In this document: positions 1 through 11,131 of the stretch, piece by piece
How positions within the stretch are numbered: position 1 is the first letter of the stretch
Layout: each line of letters starts with the position of its first letter
DNA from: an uncultured delta proteobacterium
GTDB lineage: Bacteria > Desulfobacterota > Syntrophobacteria > BM002
Reading direction: 5' to 3'
Assembly (NCBI GenBank): GCA_963712115.1
Contig: CAVQGX010000037.1
Span: forward strand, 125,875 to 189,874
Length of the DNA: 64,000 bases
Program-made: the position numbers and the translations under genes
Notes under the pieces: model-generated
What the model was told of the DNA's origin: nothing
Seen by the model: only the letters and a program-made list of their open reading frames with translations
Databases searched by the model: none

Positions 1-2
1 GG

Positions 3-317
3 CAGTCTGGAGCAGTTGCAACCGGCCTGCAGGCAGGTCTCATACCCATTGTAAGCCGCGAAAGTGGATTCGATGTTGGCGATTTCGGATTTATCTTAAA
101 GGAATGTTCACTCGAGGAGATTAAAAACTCGATACAAACAATTTCCAGCCTTTCCTCTAAAGAACTTAAAGTGATGGCCAGAAATACATGGGAGTATGCC
201 AGGCTAAATCACACCCGGGAGACATACGCTAAAAACTATCAGAAGTTTGTAGCTAAGATCACAAGCTCTTATTTCAGCAAGGAAGAACTCAAACAAAGTC
301 TTGAGTGCCTGGGCTAG
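3..317 (+). CDS. C-terminal end of a glycosyltransferase (GT-B/GT4-like), truncated by the window edge
   Basis: Hand translation of frame 3: QSGAVATGLQAGLIPIVSRESGFDV...MARNTWEYARLNHTRETYAKNY...TAG(315-317); resembles a GT4 C-terminal AGLPxI segment and final helix. Confidence 0.6.
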   Translation, partial: QSGAVATGLQAGLIPIVSRESGFDVGDFGFILKECSLEEIKNSIQTISSLSSKELKVMARNTWEYARLNHTRETYAKNYQKFVAKITSSYFSKEELKQSLECLG

Positions 318-559
318 GTCAATAGCTTGGTTAAGTTCTGCTTCGCTCACTTTCCGCGGGACCCGTTTTAATCAATCCGTGGATGTAGACCAGTCTGACA
401 ATTTTGGATAATTTTACTAACTAAGTGAAAAAGTTTTCTTTTTTTATAGATCTTTTTTCCACAAGCAAAGAAGACACCTTCGATTTTCTGAAATCGTGAA
501 TATAACCACCTTAAATCATTAGAAAAAGATTATGTAATTATTTCAAAAGACTCTTGGTT

Positions 560-575
560 TGGCATGGCACTTGAA
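560..575 (+). promoter_or_regulatory. sigma54 (-24/-12)-like promoter
   Basis: TGGCATGGCACTTGAA = TGGCAY-N5-TTGA (variant -12), preceded by AT-rich DNA, upstream of the 738 ORF. Confidence 0.5.
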
Positions 576-737
576 TAATATCTGTATAATCGATAAGGCC
601 CATAGTCACATAAAATTTTTATTTTGATTATAGATGCAATTTTAATATTTCATCAGAATTATTTTCAAATAACTAAATGCCAGAGGATCTTTGATTTCAA
701 ACAATCATAAAATGCTAACACAAAAAAGGAGGCATCT

Positions 738-2595
738 ATGAAAGCATTGATCAAAAGTGATTTTAAACAAATGGTGTTGCGCTTTTTGTTGATAGCGGCT
801 TCGGTGCTCATCTTTTCGCTTATGGGATGTGGCGGCGGTGGCAGCAGCAACAACAACGATGGTAATGGGGGTATTACAAACGATCCACCGGTTGCTAATG
901 CTTCTGCCCCTGCAGTTGTGGATGAACGGACCCCTGCTGTTACCCTTGACGGCACAGGGAGTACTGATAGTGATGGCAACATTACCAGCTACTCCTGGAC
1001 TCAGGTTAGTGGGCCTGCGGTTAACATTACCAATGCTGATGCTGATGTTGCCCAGTTTGTCGCTCCCGCCGTTTCTGCCCAGACTGAGCTAATCTTCCGT
1101 CTCACAGTGACCGACAACGATGGAGCCAGTGATACCGATGATGTAACTGTCAATGTAGACAATGCTGGCAACCTTTCTGTCTCCGTTGCAGACGCTCCAG
1201 ACATAGTCGATCTAGAGGTCGAGGGCGGATTGGACTGGTCTCACTGGGGACTTGATGCAGGCGACCCAGCGAGCTTCAACCAGAAGGCGCCCGGTGGGCT
1301 TGCGGCTGATCTCATTGGGAATTATACTAGTCTTAGCGCTGGGGCCGCCACCCAGTTTAGCAACGCGCCCATAGGTGTGACCTGGACTAACGGTAGCGAT
1401 ACAGCCACGGTTTCTGATCCGTCGACCACCGGACTGTATTTTGTTACTCCAGCCTTAGCAGATGGTGATGGCATTCAGTTAGATATACCTGCCGATGCAG
1501 CCGATAAGACTCTAAAGATCTATATTGGCACCACCTCACTCGAGGGAGAACTCACTGCAACACTGAGTGACGGTACCCCGCCACTGACGGTTACTCTGGA
1601 TAACACCTTAAATGTAGGCAAGGTGAGGGTCGTGACGATTGACTTCGGTGCGGCAGCTGACGGCGAACACGCTCACGGTTACCTTCACCCGGTCTGCCGA
1701 TACGGGAGCAGACGCTGGCGGCGCCATCAACTTGGTGGCTGCAACACTCGCTGATGCAACTCCAGGAACGCCTATGATAAGTCGATCTGGAGGCACTTCG
1801 GGGTCTGTAGATGTGACCCTGGATACTGCCACCTCTGATGCAATTATTCGCTACACCACCAATGGAAACGATCCGGACAGTAATTCCACCCTTTACTCCG
1901 GACCATTTACTCTTACTGCCAGCGCCACAGTGAAGGCAAGAGCCTTCTTTCCGGGACTCAATCCAAGCGCTGTAGCCACAGCCGACTTCGAAATAGCAAG
2001 CGGCGCTGGCAGCCTTGCTGCTTTTGTTGAAAACGCGCCAGACACAGTCGATCTTGAGGTTGAGGGCGGATTAGACTGGTCTCACTGGGGACTCGATGCA
2101 GGCGACCCAACGAGCTTCAACCAGAAGGCGCCCGGTGGGGTTCCGGCTGATCTCATTGGGAATTATACTAGTCTTAGCGCTGGGGCCGCCACCCAGTTTA
2201 GCAACGCGCCCATAGGTGTTACCTGGACTAACGGTAGCGATACAGCCACGGTTTCTGATCCGTCGACCACCGGACTGTATTTTGTTACTCCAGGCTTAGG
2301 AGATGGTGATGGCATTCAGTTAGATGTACCCGCCGATGCCGCCGATAAGACTCTAAAGATCTATATTGGCACCACCTCACTCGAGGGAGAACTCACTGCA
2401 ACACTGAGTGATGGTACCCCGCCATTGACGGTTACTCTGGATAACACCTTAAATGTAGGCAAGGTGAGGGTCGTGACGATTGACTTCGCTGCGGCAGCTG
2501 ACGGCAACACGCTCACGGTTACCTTCACCCGGTCTGCCGATACGGGAGCAGACGCTGGTGGCGCCATCAACTTGGTGGCTGCAACACTCTTCTAA
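738..2595 (+). CDS. Surface lipoprotein: PKD/REJ-like domain, two copies of an uncharacterised beta-rich domain (DWSHWG motif) and a chitobiase/Fn3-associated domain; split by a +1 frameshift at about 1665
   Basis: Lipobox LMG-C and GGAGG RBS. ORFs 738-1754 and 1639-2595 join if the extra G in gacggcGaacacg is removed; repeat copy 2 reads gacggcaacacg. Confidence 0.8.
1191..2589 (+). repeat. Intragenic direct repeat of about 560 bp (1191-1749 and 2032-2589), nearly identical
   Basis: Long identical stretches, e.g. gactggtctcactgggga...gccatcaacttggtggctgcaacactc in both copies. Confidence 0.9.
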
Positions 2596-2613
2596 TCTGG
2601 CGTCTAGGAGAAG

Positions 2614-2644
2614 GCCACCCGCCGCCTGAAAGGCGGCGGGTGGC
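2614..2644 (+). terminator. GC-rich hairpin after the lipoprotein gene (no U-tract)
   Basis: gccacccgccgcct-gaa-aggcggcgggtggc, perfect 14-bp stem. Confidence 0.55.
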
Positions 2645-2784
2645 ACATCACCTGATTCTCCTATCGCAACACCAATAATTACACTGCTTCGAGGGCAAAA
2701 CAATGTCAGTTTTTGCTCTACTGCAATATAATATGTTCTTGCTGGGCTTGAAGGTCTATGCAATAAATGTAATAATACGTCCGA

Positions 2785-2994
2785 CTAGCGCACATATTTC
2801 ATGAATGGTCTAGTGCGACCGCTGATATAACCATCCTCTCGGGCGGCTTCGGGTGTTCCTTCGAGAGGCTCAGGACAAGCTCACCTTGCGACGCACTTTT
2901 CAAGTACGCCTCGGATTAGAGTCCCTGCGGTTAGCCAGTTGCCCACCCATCTATAACGATCTTGTGGTGGCAATTCATGGAATATGCGGGCTAG
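2785..2994. mobile_element. MITE family A, copy 1 (degenerate)
   Basis: ctag-cgcacatatttcatgaat ... attcatggaatatgcggg-ctag; homologous to copies at 32216, 54940, 59753 and 63147. Confidence 0.8.
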
Positions 2995-3110
2995 GAGTGA
3001 TGAGCTAATGACGGGTTCTGGTCCTTAGCACAGAAGGAGTGAATGCAACTTTGAACATGCTCCAGGGAGTTTCAATATTTAATGCGGCATATAGGAGAGA
3101 AAGGTAGCTA

Positions 3111-4352
3111 ATGAAAGTAAGAACATCTTTTATCTTTTTCTTTGTACCACTGATATTTCTCCACATTGTCATAATTGAACCGGCCAGGTCCGAGATTGTA
3201 ATCATGCCACTGGGCGACTCAATCACTCTAGGCAGCGATGGATCGGTTGATGATCCAAACCTTTGGGTTTCATACCGTAAAGACCTGTGGGACCAACTCA
3301 GGGCTGCAGGGCATGAGGTGAACTTCGTGGGAAACCTCAACAATGGATCAGCAGTACCAAACTTCGACCCAGATCATGAAGGGCACGGTGGATGGGGAGA
3401 TTACGATATAGGAGATGAGGTGTTCGGCTGGCTCAACCAACAAGACCCGGTACACATAGTGCTACTTCACATCGGGACCAACGGTCTCAAAAGCAGCCCG
3501 GCCGGTGTTGAATACATCCTTGATGAGATTGATAGCTATAGTCAAGACGTGTGGGTTGTCCTAGCCCGTATCATTAACCGGAGGTGCATCACTGATACTC
3601 CACCATGCCCCCAGAGTGCGACGACAACTCTGTTTAACAACAATGTGGTTGCTATGGCGCAGAATCGCATCAATCTTTTGCAGGATAAGATCGTTATCGT
3701 CGATATGGAAAATGGGGCAGGCATTAATTATCTCGGAGTGCCCCAGGGGGGGGATATGTGGGACGAACTTCATCCCTACAACCTTCGTCCCTTTGCAGAA
3801 GGATATCAAAAGATGGCAGATGTCTGGTTTGCCGCCCTGCAGGCAATGGTACCAGTAGCGGATGCTGGAACTGATCAAAATGTGGATGAGGGTGAACTGG
3901 TTACGCTTGATGGCTCAGGGTCAGATGTGCCGAATTCTAATGTTCAGATTGTTTCCTACCAATGGGAACAGGAAGCCGGTGGAACCCAAGTAACCCTGTC
4001 CGATCCCGAAGTAGCCCAGCCCACCTTCACTGCGCCTGACATCGCAACAGATGTAGAAACACTCGCTTTCAGATTGACGGTCACTAGTGAGCCCGGTTTC
4101 CAGTCCACTGACACAATTTCCGTAGAGGTTCACAATCCCACCAGCTCCAGCGGAAGTGGTGGTGGCGGAGGGGGTGGGGTTTGCTTCATAACCACCGCGG
4201 CCTATGGCTCACCTCTCGCCTCGCACGTAGAGGTGCGCCGTGATTTCCGAGACACCTATTTCATTACCAATTATCTGCGTGAGGTATTCCTGGATATTTC
4301 GATAACCTCTTACCGCTTGTTGTCGACTTTATCAGTAAGCATAACACCTTAA
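3111..4352 (+). CDS. Secreted SGNH/GDSL esterase + PKD domain + frameshifted CFI-box-CTERM tail
   Basis: [23 protein letters not shown] and DELHP motifs; ADAGTDQ PKD repeat; [15 protein letters not shown]; the tail continues in another frame ([16 protein letters not shown]) to TAG at 4396. Confidence 0.85.
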   Translation: MKVRTSFIFFFVPLIFLHIVIIEPARSEIVIMPLGDSITLGSDGSVDDPNLWVSYRKDLWDQLRAAGHEVNFVGNLNNGSAVPNFDPDHEGHGGWGDYDIGDEVFGWLNQQDPVHIVLLHIGTNGLKSSPAGVEYILDEIDSYSQDVWVVLARIINRRCITDTPPCPQSATTTLFNNNVVAMAQNRINLLQDKIVIVDMENGAGINYLGVPQGGDMWDELHPYNLRPFAEGYQKMADVWFAALQAMVPVADAGTDQNVDEGELVTLDGSGSDVPNSNVQIVSYQWEQEAGGTQVTLSDPEVAQPTFTAPDIATDVETLAFRLTVTSEPGFQSTDTISVEVHNPTSSSGSGGGGGGGVCFITTAAYGSPLASHVEVRRDFRDTYFITNYLREVFLDISITSYRLLSTLSVSITP

Positions 4353-4418
4353 GGGCAGCAGTGCGGTTGAATTCACAGCAGTACGGTTTTTTCTAGATCC
4401 ACCATCTCAGTTTACAGT

Positions 4419-5108
4419 ATGAAAAATTCCATGATGCCCTTGGGATTTAAGAGGATATGGGCCCGTTTGTGGATGCGCTGCTCCGGGGTCGGACCGCTCG
4501 GAAGGACTGCTACCTGGTTCGCTACTTTGTCAGTGCCACCCTATTACAGCCGGGTTTACTTGGCTGGACTAAACCCAAGAGGCTATGTTTCACCCAGAGC
4601 CACCATACATCATTCTAAGCTGCTCCGGAGCACTGGTGTTTTCATAGACGATCGCGTTTTAATCTACCAGGACCTGAATGGCGGCCAGGTAGAACTTAAG
4701 AGAAACGTTCAGATTTATCGAGATACTATCATTCAGACCGGAGAAGGAGGCAGTGTAACTATAGGCTCTCGCACCACTATTCAACCGCGCTGCCAGCTAT
4801 CGGCATACATGGCCCCGATTCAGATTGGTGAAGACGTCCAGATTGCTCCGAACTGTGTCTTCTACCCATACGGTCATAGTTTTGCAGCGGGAGAGCTTAT
4901 TAAGAACCAACCTTTACAGACCAAGGGAGGTATCGTGGTTGAGGATGATGTGTGGCTTGGTGTGGGAGTCATCGTATTGGACGGTGTAAGAATTGGCAAA
5001 GGTGCGGTTATTGGTGCTGGTTCAGTGGTCTCCCGGAATATACCTGAGCATGCCATAGCTATTGGTGTACCTGCACAAGTTGCAAATATGCGTGGCGCAT
5101 CACCCTAG
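4419..5108 (+). CDS. Hexapeptide-repeat (LbH) O-acyltransferase
   Basis: VEDDVWLGVGVIVLDGVRIGKGAVIGAGSVVSRNIP...GVPA motif. Confidence 0.9.
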   Translation: MKNSMMPLGFKRIWARLWMRCSGVGPLGRTATWFATLSVPPYYSRVYLAGLNPRGYVSPRATIHHSKLLRSTGVFIDDRVLIYQDLNGGQVELKRNVQIYRDTIIQTGEGGSVTIGSRTTIQPRCQLSAYMAPIQIGEDVQIAPNCVFYPYGHSFAAGELIKNQPLQTKGGIVVEDDVWLGVGVIVLDGVRIGKGAVIGAGSVVSRNIPEHAIAIGVPAQVANMRGASP

Positions 5109-5291
5109 ACCCAAACTTGAAAAACCGTGGATATTAGACTAATTACGATGTTCGCAATTTGCAGTTCTTCTCTACCAGAAACAAATCAGGAAGCCACGGC
5201 TTAATTCCGCCGTTTTTATAGATACTTCCTGTATCGAGTAAAGCAATTTCATCTAAACACAAATTATTTTGAAGAAAGGAGCTGAAGTTAA

Positions 5292-5960
5292 ATGAAAGAT
5301 GAAAAGAGGATTGCACTAGCCAGTTTCCCAAGAAGTGGCAATACATGGATTAGATATTTACTAAAATACTATACAGACCTAGCTCCTACATCCGCTTATA
5401 AAGGTGATACAAGTAAAGATCATGATACAACATTATTCATAAAAACACATGATATCGTTCTTGATAAATTTAGGAAAATAATTCATATAATTCGCAATCC
5501 TTTTGACAGCTTTTACTCATATTGGAATTACAGGTTAAACTATATTAAAGATAATCCCGAATGGGACGAACATTTGGACCATTGCTGTAGTTTTTGGAAA
5601 AAACATACCAAAAATTGTCTCAATATAAAGAGTTTAAAAATTCATATTAGATATGAAGATTTAATTACAGATTGTTATGATCAATTAAAAAAGATAGTAG
5701 AATTTTCTGATTTGGAAGTCAATCCTGAAAAAATTGGATATGCAGTTAAACAAGCCGATTTTAGGAGATTGAGAAAACTACCTAAAAGAAAAAGAATAGA
5801 ATGGGAAAAAAAGCCAAAAAAGTTCTTTTCCTCTGGAAAAGCTGGTTATGGTAAAAAGTATTTTTCACTAGCTCATCAAAAACGAGTTATTGATAAGGTT
5901 GGAGACTTGATGGAAATGTTTGGATACAATACGAACGCGGATTGCAAGTCAGCTTGCTGA
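5292..5960 (+). CDS. Sulfotransferase (Sulfotransfer_1-like)
   Basis: 5'-PSB motif SFPRSGNTW, IKTH, IRNPFDS and RYEDL. Confidence 0.9.
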   Translation: MKDEKRIALASFPRSGNTWIRYLLKYYTDLAPTSAYKGDTSKDHDTTLFIKTHDIVLDKFRKIIHIIRNPFDSFYSYWNYRLNYIKDNPEWDEHLDHCCSFWKKHTKNCLNIKSLKIHIRYEDLITDCYDQLKKIVEFSDLEVNPEKIGYAVKQADFRRLRKLPKRKRIEWEKKPKKFFSSGKAGYGKKYFSLAHQKRVIDKVGDLMEMFGYNTNADCKSAC

Positions 5961-6331
5961 TATTAGTGGACCGGGAAAAGGATAAAGGAAGCAGCTAGAG
6001 CGATTTTAGCTGGATTATTTTTAGAAGTACTTACAAAATTCACCTTTAAAAAGCAAGTCACCACAATACAGGTAGGTCCTGATTACTATGCGTTCTTGTG
6101 ATCACGATTTATTTCATAATACAGATCATATTATAATTCGCCACCACTCGAAGAGGCACAGAATGTTAGGTACTTTTGTTTTTCTTTTCGTGTGCTCAAC
6201 TTATAGGGATAAACTGTATTGCTCGGTTTGATGTGAGTACTTCAGTAGTCCGTGTGACATTTCCGTTTGTTGGCAATGTGGAGGGAAGGTACTATTGAAA
6301 GTTTTTTACATGATGGGCTGATAATTTCAGT

Positions 6332-7399
6332 GTGGAGGCAGAGTTTCAAGTGAAAGAGAAGAAATTTCTGGTTATCCGGGAATTTTTGACGGCAGGAATG
6401 TGTGCTTGCTTAATGCATGTAGTCAATGGCCTGTTGTGTGCCAAGCTTAGTAACAGAATACCCATTGTATATTGGGGGAAAGGATCATCTTACTATGAAG
6501 CGTCAGAGTATTTGGCAGGTATTGTGCCGAATAACGTCTTTGAGAATTACTTTGAGCCAATCTCAGAATACTCTATCGAAGACGTTCTTGGAAAAGGTTA
6601 TGCGTACTTCCCATCATATTGGACAGATTCAACCATAGTCGACGGAAAATTTCCAAAATCTGACCCCTTGCGTTACGATCTGAACTTTCGCTCAAATAAG
6701 GCTAATGTATTAGTAAGTTTTTTGATGCAACGCATTGAGGATTTGCAGTCACTGATCCCTCCGAATAGCGAACTTAGCGGGCTCTCAAGGGATGAGTTGT
6801 GGCATCATTTCTACAGTAAGAACCTCCGTCTGAAGGAAAACGTTAAGGAGCGCATTGATAAGTTTTATGACGAGAACATGCGAGATGGTCATATTATAGG
6901 GGTGCATGTCAGAAAAACCGACAAGAAGTCCGAACAAGTATCGCCCTACACCTCGAGATACTTGAGAGCTGCAGAAACTCTTCTGTCATCAAACATTGAT
7001 GCGAAGTTGTTTGTTGCGACTGATTGCGAAAAAACCCTAGACAGATTTGTAGGTAGATTCAAGGAAAGAGTGATTTTTACAAATTCAATACGCTCTACTG
7101 ATTCAAGTGCTCTCCACACTAGCGCTGGCAACAAATTGATAAAGGGTGAGCAGATTCTAATGGATGTTTACTTGCTTAGCAGGTGCAAGCACTACATCGG
7201 GTCTCTTGCGACTAGCATCTCTTTCGTCGTTCTATTCATGCTCAGTGATCCTGCTGCATCAAGGAGTAGGTCGACGATTATAGGGCCCTCCTTTCTTGAG
7301 AGAGCAGAGTGGAACTTGACAAAATATTTGCCTAAAAAAACTAAATGGTTCTTTAGACGGCTTAAAGGAAAATTCAAAGCATCGTATAATCATCTGTGA
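6332..7399 (+). CDS. GT23/NodZ-like fucosyltransferase
   Basis: GVHVRKTDK, LFVATD and DVYLLSRC motifs of alpha-1,6/O-fucosyltransferases. Confidence 0.75.
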   Translation: MEAEFQVKEKKFLVIREFLTAGMCACLMHVVNGLLCAKLSNRIPIVYWGKGSSYYEASEYLAGIVPNNVFENYFEPISEYSIEDVLGKGYAYFPSYWTDSTIVDGKFPKSDPLRYDLNFRSNKANVLVSFLMQRIEDLQSLIPPNSELSGLSRDELWHHFYSKNLRLKENVKERIDKFYDENMRDGHIIGVHVRKTDKKSEQVSPYTSRYLRAAETLLSSNIDAKLFVATDCEKTLDRFVGRFKERVIFTNSIRSTDSSALHTSAGNKLIKGEQILMDVYLLSRCKHYIGSLATSISFVVLFMLSDPAASRSRSTIIGPSFLERAEWNLTKYLPKKTKWFFRRLKGKFKASYNHL

Positions 7400-7571
7400 C
7401 AAACATGCTATGCATCTACTAGGCGCTTTGTTGTCTTTATCATTGTTCTCCCAACTATATTGATTTTTGAATTAAAAAAACGAACTGTATCTCGTTCACT
7501 AAAGCGAAAACAAATCTTACGCTAAAAAATTTTGTCATCAAAAAGAGGTCTTTCTTTTAAATATTTTCCCT

Positions 7572-8591
7572 TTGAGAATAGTTTCAATGTCAACTTCTGA
7601 ACCCCTTGTAAGTGTTGTAACACCAGTATACAACGGTGAAGAATATCTAGCTGATTGTATCAAGAGTGTCTTGAGGCAAGACTACGAAAATTGGGAATAT
7701 ATTATAATAAATAATTGTAGCACAGATAGATCGCTAGAAATTGCAAAAGACTGCGCAAAAAAAGACTCGAGAATTAGAGTACATAACAATGAAGAATTCT
7801 TGTCAATGGTTGACAACTTTCATCACGCCTTACGCCAAATATCGAATAAAAGCAAATATTGTAAAATAGTTCACGCCGATGATCTTTTGTTCCCAAACTG
7901 CTTGCATGAAATGGTGAAATTAGCCGAAGAAAATCCTTCAGTTGGTATAGTTTCATCTTACGCACTTGAAGGAAACAAGATTAAGGGGAACGGTTTTCCA
8001 TACCCTAGCGCCAGTCTATCTGGACGTGAAGTTTGCAGGTTGTCCTTGTTGGGTAAAATACCATATGTATTTGGATCACCTTCCTCGCTGCTGATAAGGG
8101 CAGATCTTATTCGCAGGCGTAACTCATTCTATAACAAACGTTATTTGCAGCTTTTGGACCAAACAGCGTGTTATGATATTCTCCATAACTCAGATTTTGG
8201 TTTTGTCCATCAAATTTTGACCTTTTCACGACTGCACGACTCATCTCAGACCACCTCGGCCACTAGATTTAACAGGCTAATCATAGAGCAACTTATATTT
8301 CTTCAGGAATATGGCCCGAAATACTTGACCGAAGATGAATTAGAAAACCGTTTTCAGGAAAAACTCCGAATTTATTATAGGTTTCTAAGTAAAAATATAT
8401 TTAAGTTCAGAGACAAGGAGTTCTGCGCTTATCATGCGAATCGTTTTAGAGAGCTTACAGTGTCTTTTAGTTTTTTCAAGTTATTGAGAGGCTTGATCGA
8501 AACCGTGTACATTAGTTCAATGGAATTTTTGGTACATCCCAAAAGGAATTTTGTAAATCTCATACGCTCCTGGAGAAAAAACAGCGGTTAG
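7572..8591 (+). CDS. Glycosyltransferase family 2 (probable start ATG 7587)
   Basis: VSVVTPVYNGE, NNCSTD, HADD. Confidence 0.9.
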   Translation: MRIVSMSTSEPLVSVVTPVYNGEEYLADCIKSVLRQDYENWEYIIINNCSTDRSLEIAKDCAKKDSRIRVHNNEEFLSMVDNFHHALRQISNKSKYCKIVHADDLLFPNCLHEMVKLAEENPSVGIVSSYALEGNKIKGNGFPYPSASLSGREVCRLSLLGKIPYVFGSPSSLLIRADLIRRRNSFYNKRYLQLLDQTACYDILHNSDFGFVHQILTFSRLHDSSQTTSATRFNRLIIEQLIFLQEYGPKYLTEDELENRFQEKLRIYYRFLSKNIFKFRDKEFCAYHANRFRELTVSFSFFKLLRGLIETVYISSMEFLVHPKRNFVNLIRSWRKNSG

Positions 8592-8602
8592 ATTATTTTA
8601 AA

Positions 8603-8800
8603 TTAACCCTAATGTTGCAAACCCAGACCGGCAAAACGCGCTGCGCTCGCGCGATAGCACGCCATCTGAGGCTGTGCTCACCTCTGACAGAACTTAACGT
8701 ACAGTCAAGTACGCCTCGACCTGTCCGAGCCTGTGCGCAGCCACATCTGACGCACTCTTGCGCGTTTTTTCTCGGAATGGGTCTGCAACATTAGGGTTAA
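8603..8800. mobile_element. MITE family C (TTAA-flanked, terminal inverted repeats)
   Basis: ttaa-ccctaatgttgcaaaccca ... tgggtctgcaacattaggg-ttaa; intergenic; shares the central acgtac..aagtacgcctcg motif with family A. Confidence 0.75.
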
Positions 8801-8884
8801 GTCTAGGCTATCAATACCATGCCAAGTCTACTCATTGGTAAAATTTCCCTTCATTTACAGTTCCGTCCAGTATAAGTCTTTATA

Positions 8885-9941
8885 ATGATTTATTCCAGAG
8901 AACCTATCAGGTTGGGAATAATCGGTTGCGGAGCGATAACCGAAAGAGGATATTTGCCTGCCCTTAAATCAGTATCCAACATAGTTCTTACACACGTTGT
9001 TGATTTGGACCTTGAAAGGGCTGAAAGCGTAGCAAAGCATTTCGATATCCCAAACTTCGTTGACGACTACCGTCTATTATACGGGAAAATAGACGCTGTG
9101 GTCGTAGCTACCCCGCCCAATTCACATGCTCCCATCAGTATAGACTGCTTAAACCATGGACTGCACGTGCTATGTGAGAAACCATTGGCACCCTCTGCGA
9201 GGGAAGCTGAGGAAATGATTGCCGTTAGTCGAAATAAGGGCAATCATCTTGCGGTTGGAATGGTTCGTCGCTTAAGCCCCAGCTTTCAGTTACTGAAAAG
9301 AGTGCTGGAAACGGACATTCTAGGTGAGATTCAAGGTTTCGATTTAGAAGAGGGAAGCCAGTTCAATTGGCCACTTCGCACTGGTCACCTCTTTCAGGAT
9401 AAAATTTCCGGAGGGGTGCTCGCCGACACAGGGCCACATGTGCTGGATTTGCTTTTGTGGCTTTTTGAGAGTGAATCTTTAAACCTTGTCAATTATAGCG
9501 ATGACAGATGGGGTGGTGTCGAGGCGAACGCCTTAATAGAGTTGGAAATAGAGCTTGGCTTGCGAAAAATAATCGGCACCATAGACCTTAGCTTCACCAG
9601 AAGCTTGCGGAATACCTTGCAGGCTTTATGGAGAAAAGGGATGGCTTGAAGCTCCAACAATGGGAGGGAGTGAGATAAGATTCTATCGTGGGAATCACGC
9701 AACAGATCCAATGATTTTGAAACCCGAAGGTGTGGAATCGCGGAAGTTTTTTGAAGATTTTGTTATCCAACTCTCAAACTTTGCAGACTCGATAATCAAC
9801 AATTCCAAAAATTACGTTGGAGCACATGAAGCTCTCCCAACACTATCCTTAATAGAAGAATGCCGCAGCTCAGGAAGACTCATCGCCCATCCCTGGGAGA
9901 TAAAACATCTGGAATCCTTTTTTCCCGGACAAAATGAATGA
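8885..9941 (+). CDS. Gfo/Idh/MocA family oxidoreductase, split by a +1 frameshift near 9620
   Basis: GIIGCG, HVLCEKPLA, GGVLADTGPHVLD; removing one base gives RNTL-RLYGEKGWLEAPTMGG, joining ORF 9660-9941. Confidence 0.85.
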
Positions 9942-11131
9942 CTCGTAAAACTGTCTTGATCACAGGCGCTTCGGGTTTCGTTGGATGTCGCCTTGCCGAA
10001 AGGCTGGCGTTGGGATCAAAGTGCAAAGTTGTAGCCGCGGTTCACAGATTCTCGGGGCATGGTGTGGCTCGGCTTGGCCGACTCCCCGTAGAATTGGTCG
10101 CAGCAGACTTGTTGGACCTCCAGTCTTTGACCAAGGCCGCTGAGAACGCCGACATTATCGTGCACCTTGCATATGGAAGCCGGGGTAGCAAAAAAGAAAA
10201 AAGGGCGGCAACCGTGAGAGGAACCGATAATGTGATGAAGGCTGCGATTCAGAGCAGAGTAGAAAAAGTAATACATGTCAGCACAGCGGCTGTCCATGGG
10301 TTGCATCCTAAAACTTCGATTGTGTACGAATCCGCACCATACGAACGCACCCGTGATGTGTACCGGGCGAGTAAGATCGAAGCGGAGAAAATTGTTTGGC
10401 GATATCACAGGAAGTTTGGACTTCCGGTTGTCGTTTTCCGTCCTCCACTTATATACGGCCCTTATGGGCAGGATTGGACTGTGAGAATCGTTAAGGAAAT
10501 TCAATCTGGTGCTGTTTTAGTAAATGACGGAAACGGCGCGGCTAATCTCATTTATGTTGACAACCTGATAGACGCTTTCATTCTTGCCATGGAAAAGGAC
10601 TCAGGAGATGGAGAGGCTTTTTTCGTTGTTGACGATGAACATCTGAATTGGAAAGAGGTATATGACAGATACGCGGTTACACTCAATGGCCACCCTCCTT
10701 TTCGGCTCATGTCAGGAGAAGAAATTTATGCGCAGAGAAAAAGGAATGAACCGACCACAATCGACAAATGGGCTTTCGCTCCATTTGCAACCGGCGTGGA
10801 AATGGCACGTCACGCTCTCAGGTCACCTGAGATTAGAAGTAAAATTAAAGAAATCCCTTGGCTGCAAATTTGTATCAAAAATGTCTGCCCAAGACAAATC
10901 AAGGATTCTTTGAAAGGTGAAAACGGGAGCGTCTTCACAAAGACTGCTACCCAGCCGCAATCTAACCCATTGCGACTGCCCAGTAAGGACATGGTAGAGC
11001 TGTACTCATCGCAGTCCCGCTTTTCAAGTGACAAAATCAAGAAAGTCCTTGGTTACACTCAAAGGATTAATTTTGAGGAAGGCATGGATTTGACTTGCTC
11101 CTGGCTGCGCTACCAGAGGTTGATTCCATGA
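9938..11131 (+). CDS. NAD-dependent epimerase/dehydratase (extended SDR)
   Basis: TGASGFVG, YRASK (YxxxK), RPPLIYGP. Confidence 0.9.
   Translation: MTRKTVLITGASGFVGCRLAERLALGSKCKVVAAVHRFSGHGVARLGRLPVELVAADLLDLQSLTKAAENADIIVHLAYGSRGSKKEKRAATVRGTDNVMKAAIQSRVEKVIHVSTAAVHGLHPKTSIVYESAPYERTRDVYRASKIEAEKIVWRYHRKFGLPVVVFRPPLIYGPYGQDWTVRIVKEIQSGAVLVNDGNGAANLIYVDNLIDAFILAMEKDSGDGEAFFVVDDEHLNWKEVYDRYAVTLNGHPPFRLMSGEEIYAQRKRNEPTTIDKWAFAPFATGVEMARHALRSPEIRSKIKEIPWLQICIKNVCPRQIKDSLKGENGSVFTKTATQPQSNPLRLPSKDMVELYSSQSRFSSDKIKKVLGYTQRINFEEGMDLTCSWLRYQRLIP

Noticed and set aside
1191-2589. Diversity-generating retroelement TR/VR pair (also the CBM32 duplication at 37.2-38.7 kb)
   Set aside because: Differences are not adenine-specific, both copies are coding domains, and no reverse transcriptase is present
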